A stretch of 64,000 nt of DNA, taken from contig CAZNAI010000003.1 of NCBI GenBank assembly GCA_964571235.1, positions 77,924 through 141,923 on the forward strand. Reading direction: 5' to 3'. Under the pieces are notes generated by a model. The model had not been told where the DNA came from. It worked only from the letters and a program-made list of their open reading frames with translations, and made no database searches. Below, one piece after another: positions 44,051-54,196 of the stretch. The DNA is from an uncultured Ignavibacteriales bacterium. GTDB lineage: Bacteria > Zixibacteria > MSB-5A5 > GN15 > FEB-12. Each line of letters opens with the position of its first letter. The stretch's first letter is position 1. The translations under genes were made by a program, and so were the position numbers.

Positions 44051-44066
44051 TCTATTCCGATTTGTA

Positions 44067-46271
44067 CTATTCGTGGCCGAGGACCGAGAAGAATTCGTTA
44101 AAGACAAATTCTTTTGGTTTCTTGTCAAACGGTCCGAGTGCCAGTTCGGTTTTCCCTGAGGTCACTGTCTGCCGCACAAGAGTGGTTGTGCCGTCTTCAA
44201 AGTTCACACGACAGATCACCGGGAATGAAAAACTGGGGAGCATGTTGCCTGTTGTAATAGAACCGGTAATCCCCCACTTGTCCCCTTGTGCGGCAATCGT
44301 GTACTTATTTTCAAATTTGGGGAGGTTGCGGCCATAGACCCATTGGTCGAAGAACCAGCCGAGCGGCTTACCGTAATGTTGCTCGGCCAGTTTTTCCAGC
44401 AGAGTGTTGGACATCGGTGTGGTGTCGGCGGTGTGCATGTAATCGATCATGAATTTGAGAAATTCCCGGTCAGAATTCTTCTCGATATCAAACATCAGGT
44501 ATCTGAGCATGTGCAGAACCCAGGATCCCTTGGTCACGCGCAGTTCCACCGGAACTCGTTCACCGGCGGCGAGGGGTTGGTCCAGCCCTAAGTCGGCTTT
44601 TGTATAAATGACATCGCGTTGGCCCAGCAATTCTGAGAAAAAGACGCCTTCAGCAAGCGGCGGGGTTTGCGAAGTGAGGAACATAGTGCCGAGATAATAC
44701 GGCGCCGATTCGATCAGCCAAGACTCGCGTCCCGAGGCGATGCGGAGCCGGTGACCGAACCATTGCTTGGACATTTCCACCCCGGCGTCCAGATACAAGC
44801 CTCCTGCTCCGGGCAAAAGACACTTTACTTGCGGCACACAGACCAGGCCGGGCATCGAGGGTCCCTCGAGCGGAAAGACAGTGATCGAGTCGGCGTACTT
44901 CACTTTTCCGAACCGAGCGGTGAAATAATCAAGGGCCGCCATCACCGGCGGCTGATAAGTCTCGTCGTCGATGAAACAATCGTACTTTGATTTACTGATC
45001 TCCTTGGATTTTAGAAAGGTGACGGGTTGCCCCGCGGTGGTCGTCTGACTGATCGGTGTGTATCCGCCGACATGTCCCTTGAAGAAAAACCACTGATACG
45101 GATTTACCGGCGCCGCAGTCAGCCAAGATTTGCCGCCTTTGATTTCCGGAAAGACGGTCACACCTGGTACGAGATACTCATTCCCTTTCGGCGCTACGAA
45201 TGTGACTTTGACCGGGGCAACCGACGGATTTTCGACAAAAGGAAACGCCTGGACATAATTGGTCCCGTGATAATACACCGTAATTGCTATCGTGTCGCCG
45301 CGATGGACATAGCGCGGAAGGATGACGCCGACAAACGGGAATCCCCCCCCTCGACGTACAAAGTCGAGCGTCTTTCCCTCGAAGAGAAGAGAATCTTCCT
45401 TCAGCGTGCCGTTCAGATAGAGCGAAGAAAAGCGTAGCGAGTCCGTCAGCACTTCCAGTTGAATGACGCACTTGGCGTCATCAAGAGAGTTGCCATCCGG
45501 GCCGCCCATAGTCAGAACAGCGGTTCGTCCGACAGTTTTGGTTTGATAGGCCGCTGACGAAAGCGAACGATCATCGGATGCTCCGGCCGACTCACGGCGC
45601 ATCGAGACGCCGTCGGTGGTGACCAGATCATTGGGGTATTTTTCAAATCCAACCCGGACTTCATCGGGGCGGTTCGGATCGAACGAATAGGTATACCGGT
45701 TGAAATCAGCCCAGAAGTAGCCGTCGTCTTTTCGTTCGTAACAGGAACGCAGAAGTTGAAAATAGTTGTCCCGCTCATGCCCCAGCACCGGCCGGAAGAA
45801 GACTTCTCCCTGCGCCTGCTTGGTGGCGAGATTGTATTCTTTCCATTCGAGTGTTGCGGGGAGGAAATTGAACTTCCCTTTCAGGCGAAGATCGAAATCA
45901 TCGGCCATCCGAATGAAACAATTCTCAAACGCCTCATGCACTGACGAATCCCCGCAGGCGTACCAGAGGTCCATCCGCTCGGAGTGCGAAGGGACAGTGA
46001 TGTCGCATCGTCCCTTGCCGATGAAAATCGCAGTAGTCGGCCGGCCAAGCATCGGACGCGCGAGATAGAATTTGCCTTCGGTGAACGTGAAAGTCGCCAG
46101 ATCTTTCTTGTACACAAAGTTGGTAACAGTCGCAAATTCGACCGGAGCGCTCAATAGATCGTAATCGACCGCACCGTACAACTGCTTGAAGGATTTTAGG
46201 AATGGAGAATCGGCCGCATGAATTGTGGCGGCCCAGAGAACCAGTAGCGTAATCAGTAAACACTTTTTCAT
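44067..46271 (-). CDS. secreted M1-aminopeptidase-like protein with a degenerate zinc site (pseudo-peptidase), paralogue of 3873..6059
   Basis: Signal peptide MKKCLLITLLVLWAATIHA. Collinear with 3873..6059 from the N-terminus (KDLATFTFTEGKFYLARPMLGRPTTAIFIGKG vs KDVATFRFGKGTMLLQRPVHGRPTLAAFVGQG) to the C-terminus (WVLHMLRYLMFD, LAEQHYGKPLGWFFDQWVYGRNLPKF). The HExxH position reads VEMSK, with Glu 18 residues later (WLIESA). Confidence 0.75.
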   Translation of the reverse strand: MKKCLLITLLVLWAATIHAADSPFLKSFKQLYGAVDYDLLSAPVEFATVTNFVYKKDLATFTFTEGKFYLARPMLGRPTTAIFIGKGRCDITVPSHSERMDLWYACGDSSVHEAFENCFIRMADDFDLRLKGKFNFLPATLEWKEYNLATKQAQGEVFFRPVLGHERDNYFQLLRSCYERKDDGYFWADFNRYTYSFDPNRPDEVRVGFEKYPNDLVTTDGVSMRRESAGASDDRSLSSAAYQTKTVGRTAVLTMGGPDGNSLDDAKCVIQLEVLTDSLRFSSLYLNGTLKEDSLLFEGKTLDFVRRGGGFPFVGVILPRYVHRGDTIAITVYYHGTNYVQAFPFVENPSVAPVKVTFVAPKGNEYLVPGVTVFPEIKGGKSWLTAAPVNPYQWFFFKGHVGGYTPISQTTTAGQPVTFLKSKEISKSKYDCFIDDETYQPPVMAALDYFTARFGKVKYADSITVFPLEGPSMPGLVCVPQVKCLLPGAGGLYLDAGVEMSKQWFGHRLRIASGRESWLIESAPYYLGTMFLTSQTPPLAEGVFFSELLGQRDVIYTKADLGLDQPLAAGERVPVELRVTKGSWVLHMLRYLMFDIEKNSDREFLKFMIDYMHTADTTPMSNTLLEKLAEQHYGKPLGWFFDQWVYGRNLPKFENKYTIAAQGDKWGITGSITTGNMLPSFSFPVICRVNFEDGTTTLVRQTVTSGKTELALGPFDKKPKEFVFNEFFSVLGHE

Positions 46272-46309
46272 ATCAGTCCCTGCCTTGGAACATTATACAC
46301 TGTGACGTC

Positions 46310-46885
46310 CTACAAAGACGCGGCGGCGCCCGGTTTATCCAAAGCGATCTGCCGCTCGTGATTTTCGAGAATAGTCAATAGATTAACATACTTTTGTTCA
46401 TAGTCGGGGTGGGCCGGCACAAAACGATACTGCGGATGACCCGACCAAACTTCCCGCAATGCAGATTCAATACGCAGAGCTTCGTCGGTTGTTTCGGTCC
46501 GTACCGCATCTTTCTGGTAGAACTCTTCCCCGAGTCGCGCCGCCGATCCCAAATGCACGACCAGATCATACCTCAAATACTCATGGCTGATCGTTGTGCC
46601 GACTGCGTCCATCGCCGAGGGGTGAAAGGCAAAGGCATCGAGTGTGCCGCGGTCGGTGATAAACGACCGCCCCGCCGCCGCTTTTTCCCGTTCGGATTGA
46701 CAACGATAAATTTCTAAATGAAAAGCCATCCAGTCGTTTCGTATGTGGGGATTGTCCTGCAAAAGACGGCGAGCGATTTCGTCAAAGAACAAATACGCGG
46801 CGAAAGCCGGGTCCTGCTTAAGTCGATTGATACATTCAGATTTCCCCGAAGCCGGGGCGCCCGTAATGACAATGCGACTGACCAT
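46310..46885 (-). CDS. P-loop NTPase (AAA_28/NadR-kinase-like, tentative)
   Basis: Walker A at the extreme N-terminus, IVITGAPASGKSE; 191 aa. No further specific motif. Confidence 0.6.
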   Translation of the reverse strand: MVSRIVITGAPASGKSECINRLKQDPAFAAYLFFDEIARRLLQDNPHIRNDWMAFHLEIYRCQSEREKAAAGRSFITDRGTLDAFAFHPSAMDAVGTTISHEYLRYDLVVHLGSAARLGEEFYQKDAVRTETTDEALRIESALREVWSGHPQYRFVPAHPDYEQKYVNLLTILENHERQIALDKPGAAASL

Positions 46886-46999
46886 ACCCGCGTGAATCTA
46901 CCGGGACAGAACAAGAGAGTCAAGCGGTGGACTTGTGTACAAAAGCTCCGCCGGGTATACTGAGCAAAAGAAATAGTATTAGTTACTTACGGACTATCT

Positions 47000-48178
47000 A
47001 TGGGAATCCCGATTGACTCGATTCAGGCGTATCTGAAAGAACACGAACTCGACGGTTGGCTTCTGGCCGATTTTCACGGCCGCAATGAGATCGCCATGCG
47101 CCTTTTGGACATCCACGGCATGCTCACGCGGCGGGCGTTTTACTTCATTCCGGTTACCGGACAGCCAACGGCACTGGTCAATCCGATTGAGGCGGAGAAA
47201 TTCAAACATCTTCCGGGAAAACTCCAACCCTGCTTGGGATACAAACGGCTGGAATCAGATTTGGCAGAATTGCTCAAAGGGAGCCGCCGGATTGCCATGG
47301 AATATTCTCCGAAGGGCCGTCTGCCCTACCTTGGCATGGTCGACGCCGGCACTATTGAACTGGTGCGCTTGTGCGGATGCGAAATCGTCTCTTCGGCTGA
47401 TCTGGTGGCCGCTTTCCAGGCGGTGCTGTCGGCCGAACAAATCGCCACTCATAGAATCGCGGCGCACAATCTGATCGAGATCAAATCAGCCGCCTTTGCT
47501 TTCATCGCGCAGGCGCTCAAAGACGGCAAGCGAATCACCGAGTACGATGTCGTGCAGTTCGTCTTGCAGAAATTCGAAGCTACCGATATGACCACCGATC
47601 ACTCGCCGATCTGCGGGGTCGATGCCCATGCTGGTGATCCGCACTACGAACCGCTGGCGGGGAGTTCAAGTGAGATCAAAAAGGGTCAGCTAATCCTTTT
47701 GGATATCTGGGCGAAACTGAAAACCGACAAAGCCGCCTTTGCCGATATTACCTGGATGGCCTTTGCTGGAACTGCCAGCGAGATTCCCGCTCGATATGTC
47801 GAGATGTTTGCAGTCCTGACAAATGCCCGCGATGCCGCTGTCACCTTCCTGCGCGAGAATATCGACAAACGACCCGTCCACGGCTGGGAAGTTGACGATG
47901 CCTGCCGAAATGTGATCGCCGCGGCCGGATACGGCGAGCGATTCTTTCACCGAACCGGACACAGTATCACCGAAAGCACCCACGGCACCGGGCCGAATAT
48001 CGATAACCTCGAAACCGAAGACCAACGTCGGCTGGCCAAAGGACACTTGTTCTCAATCGAACCGGGGATTTATCTCCCCGATTGCGGATTTCGCACGGAG
48101 ATCGATTGCTTGATCGGCCACGACGGCGCCGAGGTGACCACGCTTCCACTTCAGACCTCGATTATTCCGCTGTTCTGA
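47000..48178 (+). CDS. M24-family metallopeptidase (Xaa-Pro aminopeptidase-like)
   Basis: Pita-bread metal ligands in order: LLDIW (D), ADIT (D), HRTGHSI (H), FSIEPGIY (E), RTEID (E). Confidence 0.85.
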   Translation: MGIPIDSIQAYLKEHELDGWLLADFHGRNEIAMRLLDIHGMLTRRAFYFIPVTGQPTALVNPIEAEKFKHLPGKLQPCLGYKRLESDLAELLKGSRRIAMEYSPKGRLPYLGMVDAGTIELVRLCGCEIVSSADLVAAFQAVLSAEQIATHRIAAHNLIEIKSAAFAFIAQALKDGKRITEYDVVQFVLQKFEATDMTTDHSPICGVDAHAGDPHYEPLAGSSSEIKKGQLILLDIWAKLKTDKAAFADITWMAFAGTASEIPARYVEMFAVLTNARDAAVTFLRENIDKRPVHGWEVDDACRNVIAAAGYGERFFHRTGHSITESTHGTGPNIDNLETEDQRRLAKGHLFSIEPGIYLPDCGFRTEIDCLIGHDGAEVTTLPLQTSIIPLF

Positions 48179-48183
48179 TCGCT

Positions 48184-48750
48184 ATGTTCGTCACCGATGA
48201 GATGATCGCGCAGATGACGCGCGAGTACGGCGTGCCCGCAGTGCGAGAATTCAACTTTCCGGCAATTCCGACGGAAATGGCGAGAATCAGATCGTCGCAA
48301 AAAGACGGACGGAATCACGATGTTACGTTGTATATCGAAAAAGGCGACAGATTATTTGTCATCGCCAAGCACCCCTACCCACCGGGATTGTACCGGACAC
48401 CGTCGGGAGGGATTCACCCCGGCGAAACGATAATTGACGGTATCAATCGCGAAGCGCATGAAGAAACCGGGTGCACCATTGAGCTCAATTCGTTTCTCCT
48501 GCGCACGTCGGTGATATTTCGATCCACCGAAAACCCCACCGACACGATCTTCTGGCGGTCGTTTGTCTTTCGGGCGACTTATCTCAGTGGTGACATGAAA
48601 TACACCGATCACGACGAAATTTCCGATTTGCGTCTGGCTGACTGGAGCGAATTTCCGCGCTTTGGCCAGATCATGCGCCAGACCGACTCGGCCGGCCTGC
48701 ACTACCGCGCCGCTTTGCACGAAGCGGTGGCGGAGCTGATGGGGCGCTAA
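48184..48750 (+). CDS. Nudix hydrolase
   Basis: Nudix box GGIHPGETIIDGINREAHEETGC. Start placed at ATG 48184, 6 nt after the M24 stop; the track ORF from 48082 overlaps the M24 gene. Confidence 0.85.
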   Translation: MFVTDEMIAQMTREYGVPAVREFNFPAIPTEMARIRSSQKDGRNHDVTLYIEKGDRLFVIAKHPYPPGLYRTPSGGIHPGETIIDGINREAHEETGCTIELNSFLLRTSVIFRSTENPTDTIFWRSFVFRATYLSGDMKYTDHDEISDLRLADWSEFPRFGQIMRQTDSAGLHYRAALHEAVAELMGR

Positions 48751-48914
48751 GAACAGCCGAGCGCACCAGATAGTATTTCCGTAGCGCCGCAAGTGCCTGC
48801 AATCCGTGCTTGACAAAAGACTCCACGTTATGTATTGTTGCTGATGTCGGTCCGTTTCATCTGGAACCGGCTGTCGTCGTGTCGCGGATCGCTTTCCTAT
48901 CGTGGAGGGTTGTC

Positions 48915-51914
48915 ATGAAACAACATTCAATAATCAAATGGGGTCTAGTCGTTTCCTTGCTCGGAGCGACGGCATGGGCTTTGCCTCCCGCGCGTGCAGT
49001 TGTTGGAAACCAGGCCGCCGGGCCGACCGAGATTGACTACAGCCGCTATCTAAATGCCAACAAACTACTCGGCTTTGTTAACAATACGGGGCATCTCTTC
49101 AATGACGGGCTACAGACATTTGGAAAATTCGACGGACTGTACTATCCGTATAGCTCTACTGATGACATACTGTCGGGAGAAAATACTAAATCCGTCGTTT
49201 ACTCAGCCGGATTATGGATGGGGGGCATTGCTGCAAATGACACGTTGATCGCGATTGCAGAATACAGTACGGAGTATACTCCGGGGAATATGCTCGGCAC
49301 AAGTTTCGACCCGGATTTCATGAATTCAAAATATCGGGTATACATACTGTACGCAGATAGCATGGTCCCGTGGTACCCGGACTACGCTAATTGGCCGGTA
49401 GATCAGGGAGCGCCGGTCGACGGTGGCGGTCACCCACTACTTATCGGCAAGCAGACGGCTTGGTCGGTCTACAATGACGCCAACGGCGCGAGGCACACTA
49501 ATGACGCCAGTAGCACCGCCCCGCTGGGAATTGAAGTGCGACAAGCTGTTTCGGCGACCGATGTAGGGGCGGACGCCTACATCATCACGGTCAAATACCA
49601 GCTCTTCAACAAAGGTGGAAAGAACATCACTGGACTCTATTTGGGACTCTGGTCCGATCCCGATCTCGGCACCCCCGCCGATGATCTGGTCGGGTGCGAT
49701 ACGCTCGGCGATCTGTTCTTCTGTTATAACGCCACGAATACCGATGCCGTGTATGATTCAACGCCACCGGCTTTCGGCGGCCGGATAGTCCAAGGACCGA
49801 TTGTTCCGTCGCAAGGCGATTCAGCCTGGAGCTTCGGTCAACTCGTGCATGGATACAAGAATCTGGGCATGACGGGTTTTTCGAAGTACATCAACGGCCT
49901 GGACCCTGCCAGCAAAGCACACACATACTCCTATTTACAGGGGTTGACTCGCGATGGCTCGCCGTACATGTATGAAGGGAATTTCCTTCGCTATGTTCAT
50001 TCAGGCGACCCGATTTCTGCTACCGGTGACGTGGATGCGAATCCTTCTGACCGGCGGATGATGGCAAGTTGCGGACCGCTGGCGTTCAATCCGGGCGATA
50101 GTCAGGAAATTATTGTTCGTTATGGAGTAATTCACGGCGGCAATCGCCTTGAATCACTCAACTTGCTCAGGCTTTTGCTTAAGGATAGTCTCCGCCAAAC
50201 CGAGTGTACATCACTGACTGCATCGGTGAACGACTACGGAAGTCTCGTGAGAGTAGAACGAAGCGCAAGCTGGCTCGGCGGTGTGAACTGGGGGGGTGAA
50301 TTTTTCCAGCGCAGTACCACTTACGGCGACGAATTCTGGGGAAGCCGACTGCATCATGTTGCCAATCCCGATTCATTTGTAAATGTTCAGATTCTCTTCT
50401 CACCAATTGTCCGCCAGAAAGCCTATCGATACCTGGGACCCGATTACAACTATGCCGGGTACGAATGGGTTCCGTTTACTGTATGGGACACCGACCACCA
50501 GCGAAAGCTCAATGTCGCTTTTGTCGAATATCCAAGTTCACGGACATTCAACCAGACGTGGGATCTGGATGACTACGATCACCTCGGCGGGCGGGAGTAT
50601 CTATTCATATTTGGGTCGCCGTACCCCGGTGATCTGGCATTACCGCTGGCGGAGTATACATCGCGCAATCTTAAAGCGGATGCTGATCAACTGGATGTAC
50701 TCTATGGCGCCTGGCTTTGCCTGAGTCCATGGGGTGGCTCTATGAGTGATCTCAAACATGGTGACCGGCTGTACTTCGATGTTCAAAACCGAAATCAGAA
50801 TGGTCCGGTAAGTACCGTCGCACTTCCAGTGACCGATCTTTACTGGTGGAGCGGCCAGAAAGTGGCGATTGCCTGCCAAACAGAGCAACTGGGGTCATTT
50901 GAGGCGATCAGTTCCGATTCGGTCGTATTTTCTTTGCGGACCCATGCCGGTTACGATTCGGCCAGCGCCCGCGGCAGAGTTGAATCGGTGCGGGAGATGA
51001 GTAATAGCTCAGGCCCGGTCCTGCCGCCGCGCGATGTACGGGGATCGGGTAACAGCACGGGTGATTGGTATGTTGCTCTTTCTGACGGGAATCCGTATGG
51101 TCATCTCGATGCGCACGACTGGGAGATTCGGTTTTCTGAGGGTGGCTCGGTGTATTATTTGAGGACGCCCGCAACACTCGGTCCCGGGCGAGTTCCCTTT
51201 GAGCTTTGGGACATAGGCATTGACACGCCCGATGATCCTTCCGATGATCGACGCGTGTCGGTTGTCACCACCGATCCCGATGGAAGCAGCTCCTGGACTT
51301 TTGGAGACAGAATCTACTCTTACGAACTGCCCTATACCGAAACACCGCCAAGCGCTCTGGCCCCGACATGGACCGACTCATGTCGGATCGGATCATTCTA
51401 TTTTCAAAAAGTGTGGAGTTTTGGCTCCCTGCCGGCGACTGGGACGGTCGTTCGCTTTTCTACTTACAAGAAAATACCTACTGTCCCGCCGCTCGGCCTA
51501 ATCTCTGATCACAGTTTCAGAGGACCGCAAACAACGGCATTCCCTTCTGAGTCACAGAATTTTGTTGAGGAGTACGACATTTATTTCACGCCGAAGCCCG
51601 GACACGATTCAGTTGGAGTGTTACTCCTGAAAGACAAATTGACTGGGCTGTACCGCGGGGCAATTGACATTGTAGGGCATGTGGCCGGATCATGTTGTGC
51701 AGGGCTGACCGGAAATGTCGATTGCGATCCGGCTAACAGGGTGGATATTTCTGATCTGACAATGCTGATCGACTATCTGTATATCTCGCTAAGTCAGCCG
51801 TGTTGCATCGATGCAAGCCGGCTTGATGGCCCCGAGTTGCCGGACATTGGAGACCTAACAGCGTTAATTGACTTTTTATATATCAGCTTTACGCCACTGC
51901 CAAACTGCCCGTAG
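48915..51914 (+). CDS. 999-aa secreted protein of unknown function ending in the twin dockerin-like module
   Basis: GGAGGG RBS at 48904-48909 and signal peptide MKQHSIIKWGLVVSLLGATAWALPPARA. No catalytic motif recognised. C-terminal tail at 51693-51914 (SCCAGLTGNVDCD..DISDLTMLIDYLYISL..DIGDLTALIDFLYISFTPLPNCP). Confidence 0.8.
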   Translation: MKQHSIIKWGLVVSLLGATAWALPPARAVVGNQAAGPTEIDYSRYLNANKLLGFVNNTGHLFNDGLQTFGKFDGLYYPYSSTDDILSGENTKSVVYSAGLWMGGIAANDTLIAIAEYSTEYTPGNMLGTSFDPDFMNSKYRVYILYADSMVPWYPDYANWPVDQGAPVDGGGHPLLIGKQTAWSVYNDANGARHTNDASSTAPLGIEVRQAVSATDVGADAYIITVKYQLFNKGGKNITGLYLGLWSDPDLGTPADDLVGCDTLGDLFFCYNATNTDAVYDSTPPAFGGRIVQGPIVPSQGDSAWSFGQLVHGYKNLGMTGFSKYINGLDPASKAHTYSYLQGLTRDGSPYMYEGNFLRYVHSGDPISATGDVDANPSDRRMMASCGPLAFNPGDSQEIIVRYGVIHGGNRLESLNLLRLLLKDSLRQTECTSLTASVNDYGSLVRVERSASWLGGVNWGGEFFQRSTTYGDEFWGSRLHHVANPDSFVNVQILFSPIVRQKAYRYLGPDYNYAGYEWVPFTVWDTDHQRKLNVAFVEYPSSRTFNQTWDLDDYDHLGGREYLFIFGSPYPGDLALPLAEYTSRNLKADADQLDVLYGAWLCLSPWGGSMSDLKHGDRLYFDVQNRNQNGPVSTVALPVTDLYWWSGQKVAIACQTEQLGSFEAISSDSVVFSLRTHAGYDSASARGRVESVREMSNSSGPVLPPRDVRGSGNSTGDWYVALSDGNPYGHLDAHDWEIRFSEGGSVYYLRTPATLGPGRVPFELWDIGIDTPDDPSDDRRVSVVTTDPDGSSSWTFGDRIYSYELPYTETPPSALAPTWTDSCRIGSFYFQKVWSFGSLPATGTVVRFSTYKKIPTVPPLGLISDHSFRGPQTTAFPSESQNFVEEYDIYFTPKPGHDSVGVLLLKDKLTGLYRGAIDIVGHVAGSCCAGLTGNVDCDPANRVDISDLTMLIDYLYISLSQPCCIDASRLDGPELPDIGDLTALIDFLYISFTPLPNCP

Positions 51915-51990
51915 AGTTTACGAGGAAGCGTCGAGTAACTGATAGTTTGAGAGCGAAGCTCTAACCGTCGATTCGTACTGGAACTGAATC

Positions 51991-53301
51991 ATGCGGCGAT
52001 TTCTACTCTTGACCCTACTCGCACTTGTTGGAGTGGTCCCGTCGGCGTCGGCTACTGACATAGTCTGGGACACGATCTCGACTGGCCGAGTGCGATTGGT
52101 TGTATCCAATGTTGGCCAGATCGGGCGGATGGGGAGCCAGGGCAGTGGTGGAGTCAATTTGGATTACGCCGGCATGGGGCAGGATTGCGACACAACTGCC
52201 CGCGTATATCTCTTCGACGGCGGTCCGTTTGTCATGCGGCAAGATTCGGCCGGATATTACACGTGGGCAACATCGCTCTATCAATCAGCCGGCACCACCC
52301 ACGGATTTGTGCCGCTAGGCGATATCCCACCGCTACATTTCACTGGGCCAAACTACAACGGTTTCCGCACCGGGACATTTGTGACAGCGGATTCGTTGAT
52401 TGGAATTCGGGCGACATACTGGGCACCGACCGATCTGTTACATCCGATTCCCTGCAAATACTCTTTCGATTCACTTTCAGACCATTTCATGATCGCCCAG
52501 TACTCCGTGTTTAACAGAACAGCCTCGATCATGCACAGAGTCACAATTGGTGGGATATTCGATTGGGATATTCCCTCATCTCCGGCCAAGGAAAACCAAG
52601 GTCACTTTTCCTGGAGCGCGGGAAGTGTTTTTTCAGGAACAACCGATGTGCCAGTTGGATGCACCAATAACAGCTCGCGATTCGGTGGGACTGCACTACT
52701 CGGTTGGTATACGACCCAGATGAGGTTCATAGACTGGTGCAGTTTCAATATGGGCTTTCATCAAGTACGTTCTGCAAAGGTCGATTCGTTCGCTCTGTAT
52801 CAAAGTCAGGGAGATAGCTTGCTGGTAGATTACTTGTGGTCGACTTCACTTTCACCGGGAGTGTACGTGGACTCCACTGCCACAGCAAACTGGTATCAGT
52901 GTCTTACAATGCAAAGTGATTCACTGTTGAAACCCGGCGACACAATAACAATTGTATTGGCGCTGTCTTCTGTAAAATCAGGCAATTTTGATTCGATGAA
53001 AGTCCTTCGTGCCGGAGCAAGAAGTTGGTACGAGGAGAACATCCAGTACCCCAAGTGTGAGCTAGCCACCTGCTGTAAAGGGCAGATGGGCAATGTTGAC
53101 GGCGATGAAATGCAAGGGATAGACATCTCCGATCTTAGCGCACTTATTGATTTTCTTTATATGACTTTCACGCCGCCTGTATGCGTCACGATGGCAAACT
53201 GTGACGGATCTCCCGATGGTGGTGTTGATATTGCCGACCTCGCGCGACTAATTGACTACTTATATATCAGCTTTGCTCCTTTGCCTTGTTGTCGCTTCTA
53301 G
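51991..53301 (+). CDS. 436-aa secreted protein of unknown function ending in the twin dockerin-like module
   Basis: Signal peptide MRRFLLLTLLALVGVVPSASA and tail at 53071-53301 (TCCKGQMGNVDGD..DISDLSALIDFLYMTF..DIADLARLIDYLYISFAPLPCCRF). Lies 76 nt downstream of the previous gene on the same strand. Confidence 0.75.
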   Translation: MRRFLLLTLLALVGVVPSASATDIVWDTISTGRVRLVVSNVGQIGRMGSQGSGGVNLDYAGMGQDCDTTARVYLFDGGPFVMRQDSAGYYTWATSLYQSAGTTHGFVPLGDIPPLHFTGPNYNGFRTGTFVTADSLIGIRATYWAPTDLLHPIPCKYSFDSLSDHFMIAQYSVFNRTASIMHRVTIGGIFDWDIPSSPAKENQGHFSWSAGSVFSGTTDVPVGCTNNSSRFGGTALLGWYTTQMRFIDWCSFNMGFHQVRSAKVDSFALYQSQGDSLLVDYLWSTSLSPGVYVDSTATANWYQCLTMQSDSLLKPGDTITIVLALSSVKSGNFDSMKVLRAGARSWYEENIQYPKCELATCCKGQMGNVDGDEMQGIDISDLSALIDFLYMTFTPPVCVTMANCDGSPDGGVDIADLARLIDYLYISFAPLPCCRF

Positions 53302-54185
53302 CGTCGCTGGCATTTCGGGCAATAGTGCGCTGAGCGGGCGCCGATTTTCTTGCGGACAATTTTGGTACTGCACCGTGTGCACGGCTCCCCCTCACGGTCG
53401 TAGACTTTCAGATACTTCTGAAATGACCCCGGTTGGCCATTCACTCCTGTATACGTATCAACCGAGGTGCCCGCTTTACGGATTGCCAATTTCAGAAGAC
53501 GCTGAATATGGCGGTGCAATTCAGTCAGTTTGTCTGCGCTGGCTGAAGTTGTTAGTCGCAAGGGATGCAGTTTAGCCGCCCAGAGCGATTCATCGGCATA
53601 AATATTCCCCACACCGGCGAGAAACGACTGGTCCAATAGCGCCGCCTTGAGTTGACGCGGCCGTTTGTGGCAAAGGGCGACAAACTCGTGAGCCGATATC
53701 TCAAGCGGTTCCGGGCCGAGTTCTTTGAGCCCTTTCTGTTCCGATAGTTCGTTTGCATGGTACAGGCGGTTGCGCCCGAAGCGACGGTAGTCGTTGAAGC
53801 GGAGATAGGAGAGATTGCTTCGCCGCTCCGAAGACGGCGCGTCTCGCAATGACTCGGCGGCGGGAGCCTCAGAAAGCGTGAAAGTTATCAGGTCGTGCTT
53901 TTCAGGAGTGACCGGTTGTTCATCGAAAAAGAAATGTCCGGTCATTTTCAAATGCACCCAGAGCACTAGATCACCCGAAAGAGCGATCAGGATATTCTTC
54001 CCTCGGCGATCGATCTGCAAAATAGTTCGCCCCGAAAGCGCAGTAGCGAAATCGCGTGGCGCAATCGATTGCGAAACAACTATCGAGCTTGCCGGTGCAT
54101 TTACCGCCACACGCTCGATTGTTTTGCCGAGGACAGTGGCGCGAAGTCCCCGGCAGACTGTTTCGACTTCGGGAAGTTCTGGCAT
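53298..54185 (-). CDS. mutM: formamidopyrimidine-DNA glycosylase
   Basis: MPELPEVETV N-terminus, H2TH region and C-terminal zinc finger CTRCSTKI..YCPKCQ. Confidence 0.9.
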   Translation of the reverse strand: MPELPEVETVCRGLRATVLGKTIERVAVNAPASSIVVSQSIAPRDFATALSGRTILQIDRRGKNILIALSGDLVLWVHLKMTGHFFFDEQPVTPEKHDLITFTLSEAPAAESLRDAPSSERRSNLSYLRFNDYRRFGRNRLYHANELSEQKGLKELGPEPLEISAHEFVALCHKRPRQLKAALLDQSFLAGVGNIYADESLWAAKLHPLRLTTSASADKLTELHRHIQRLLKLAIRKAGTSVDTYTGVNGQPGSFQKYLKVYDREGEPCTRCSTKIVRKKIGARSAHYCPKCQRR

Positions 54186-54196
54186 TTGACTACGGC

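Noticed and set aside
48082-48183. Track start of the Nudix ORF at 48082, overlapping the M24 peptidase gene by ~100 nt
   Set aside because: The overlapping part (MRISHGDRLLDRPRRRRGDH..) is an off-frame read of the M24 C-terminus. ATG 48184, 6 nt after the M24 stop, gives a normal Nudix protein.
53298-53301. 4-nt convergent overlap of the 51991..53301 stop with the mutM stop
   Set aside because: Overlapping stop codons (tTCTAGc) of convergent genes are a common compaction feature. I noticed no terminator hairpin between them and attach no special significance.
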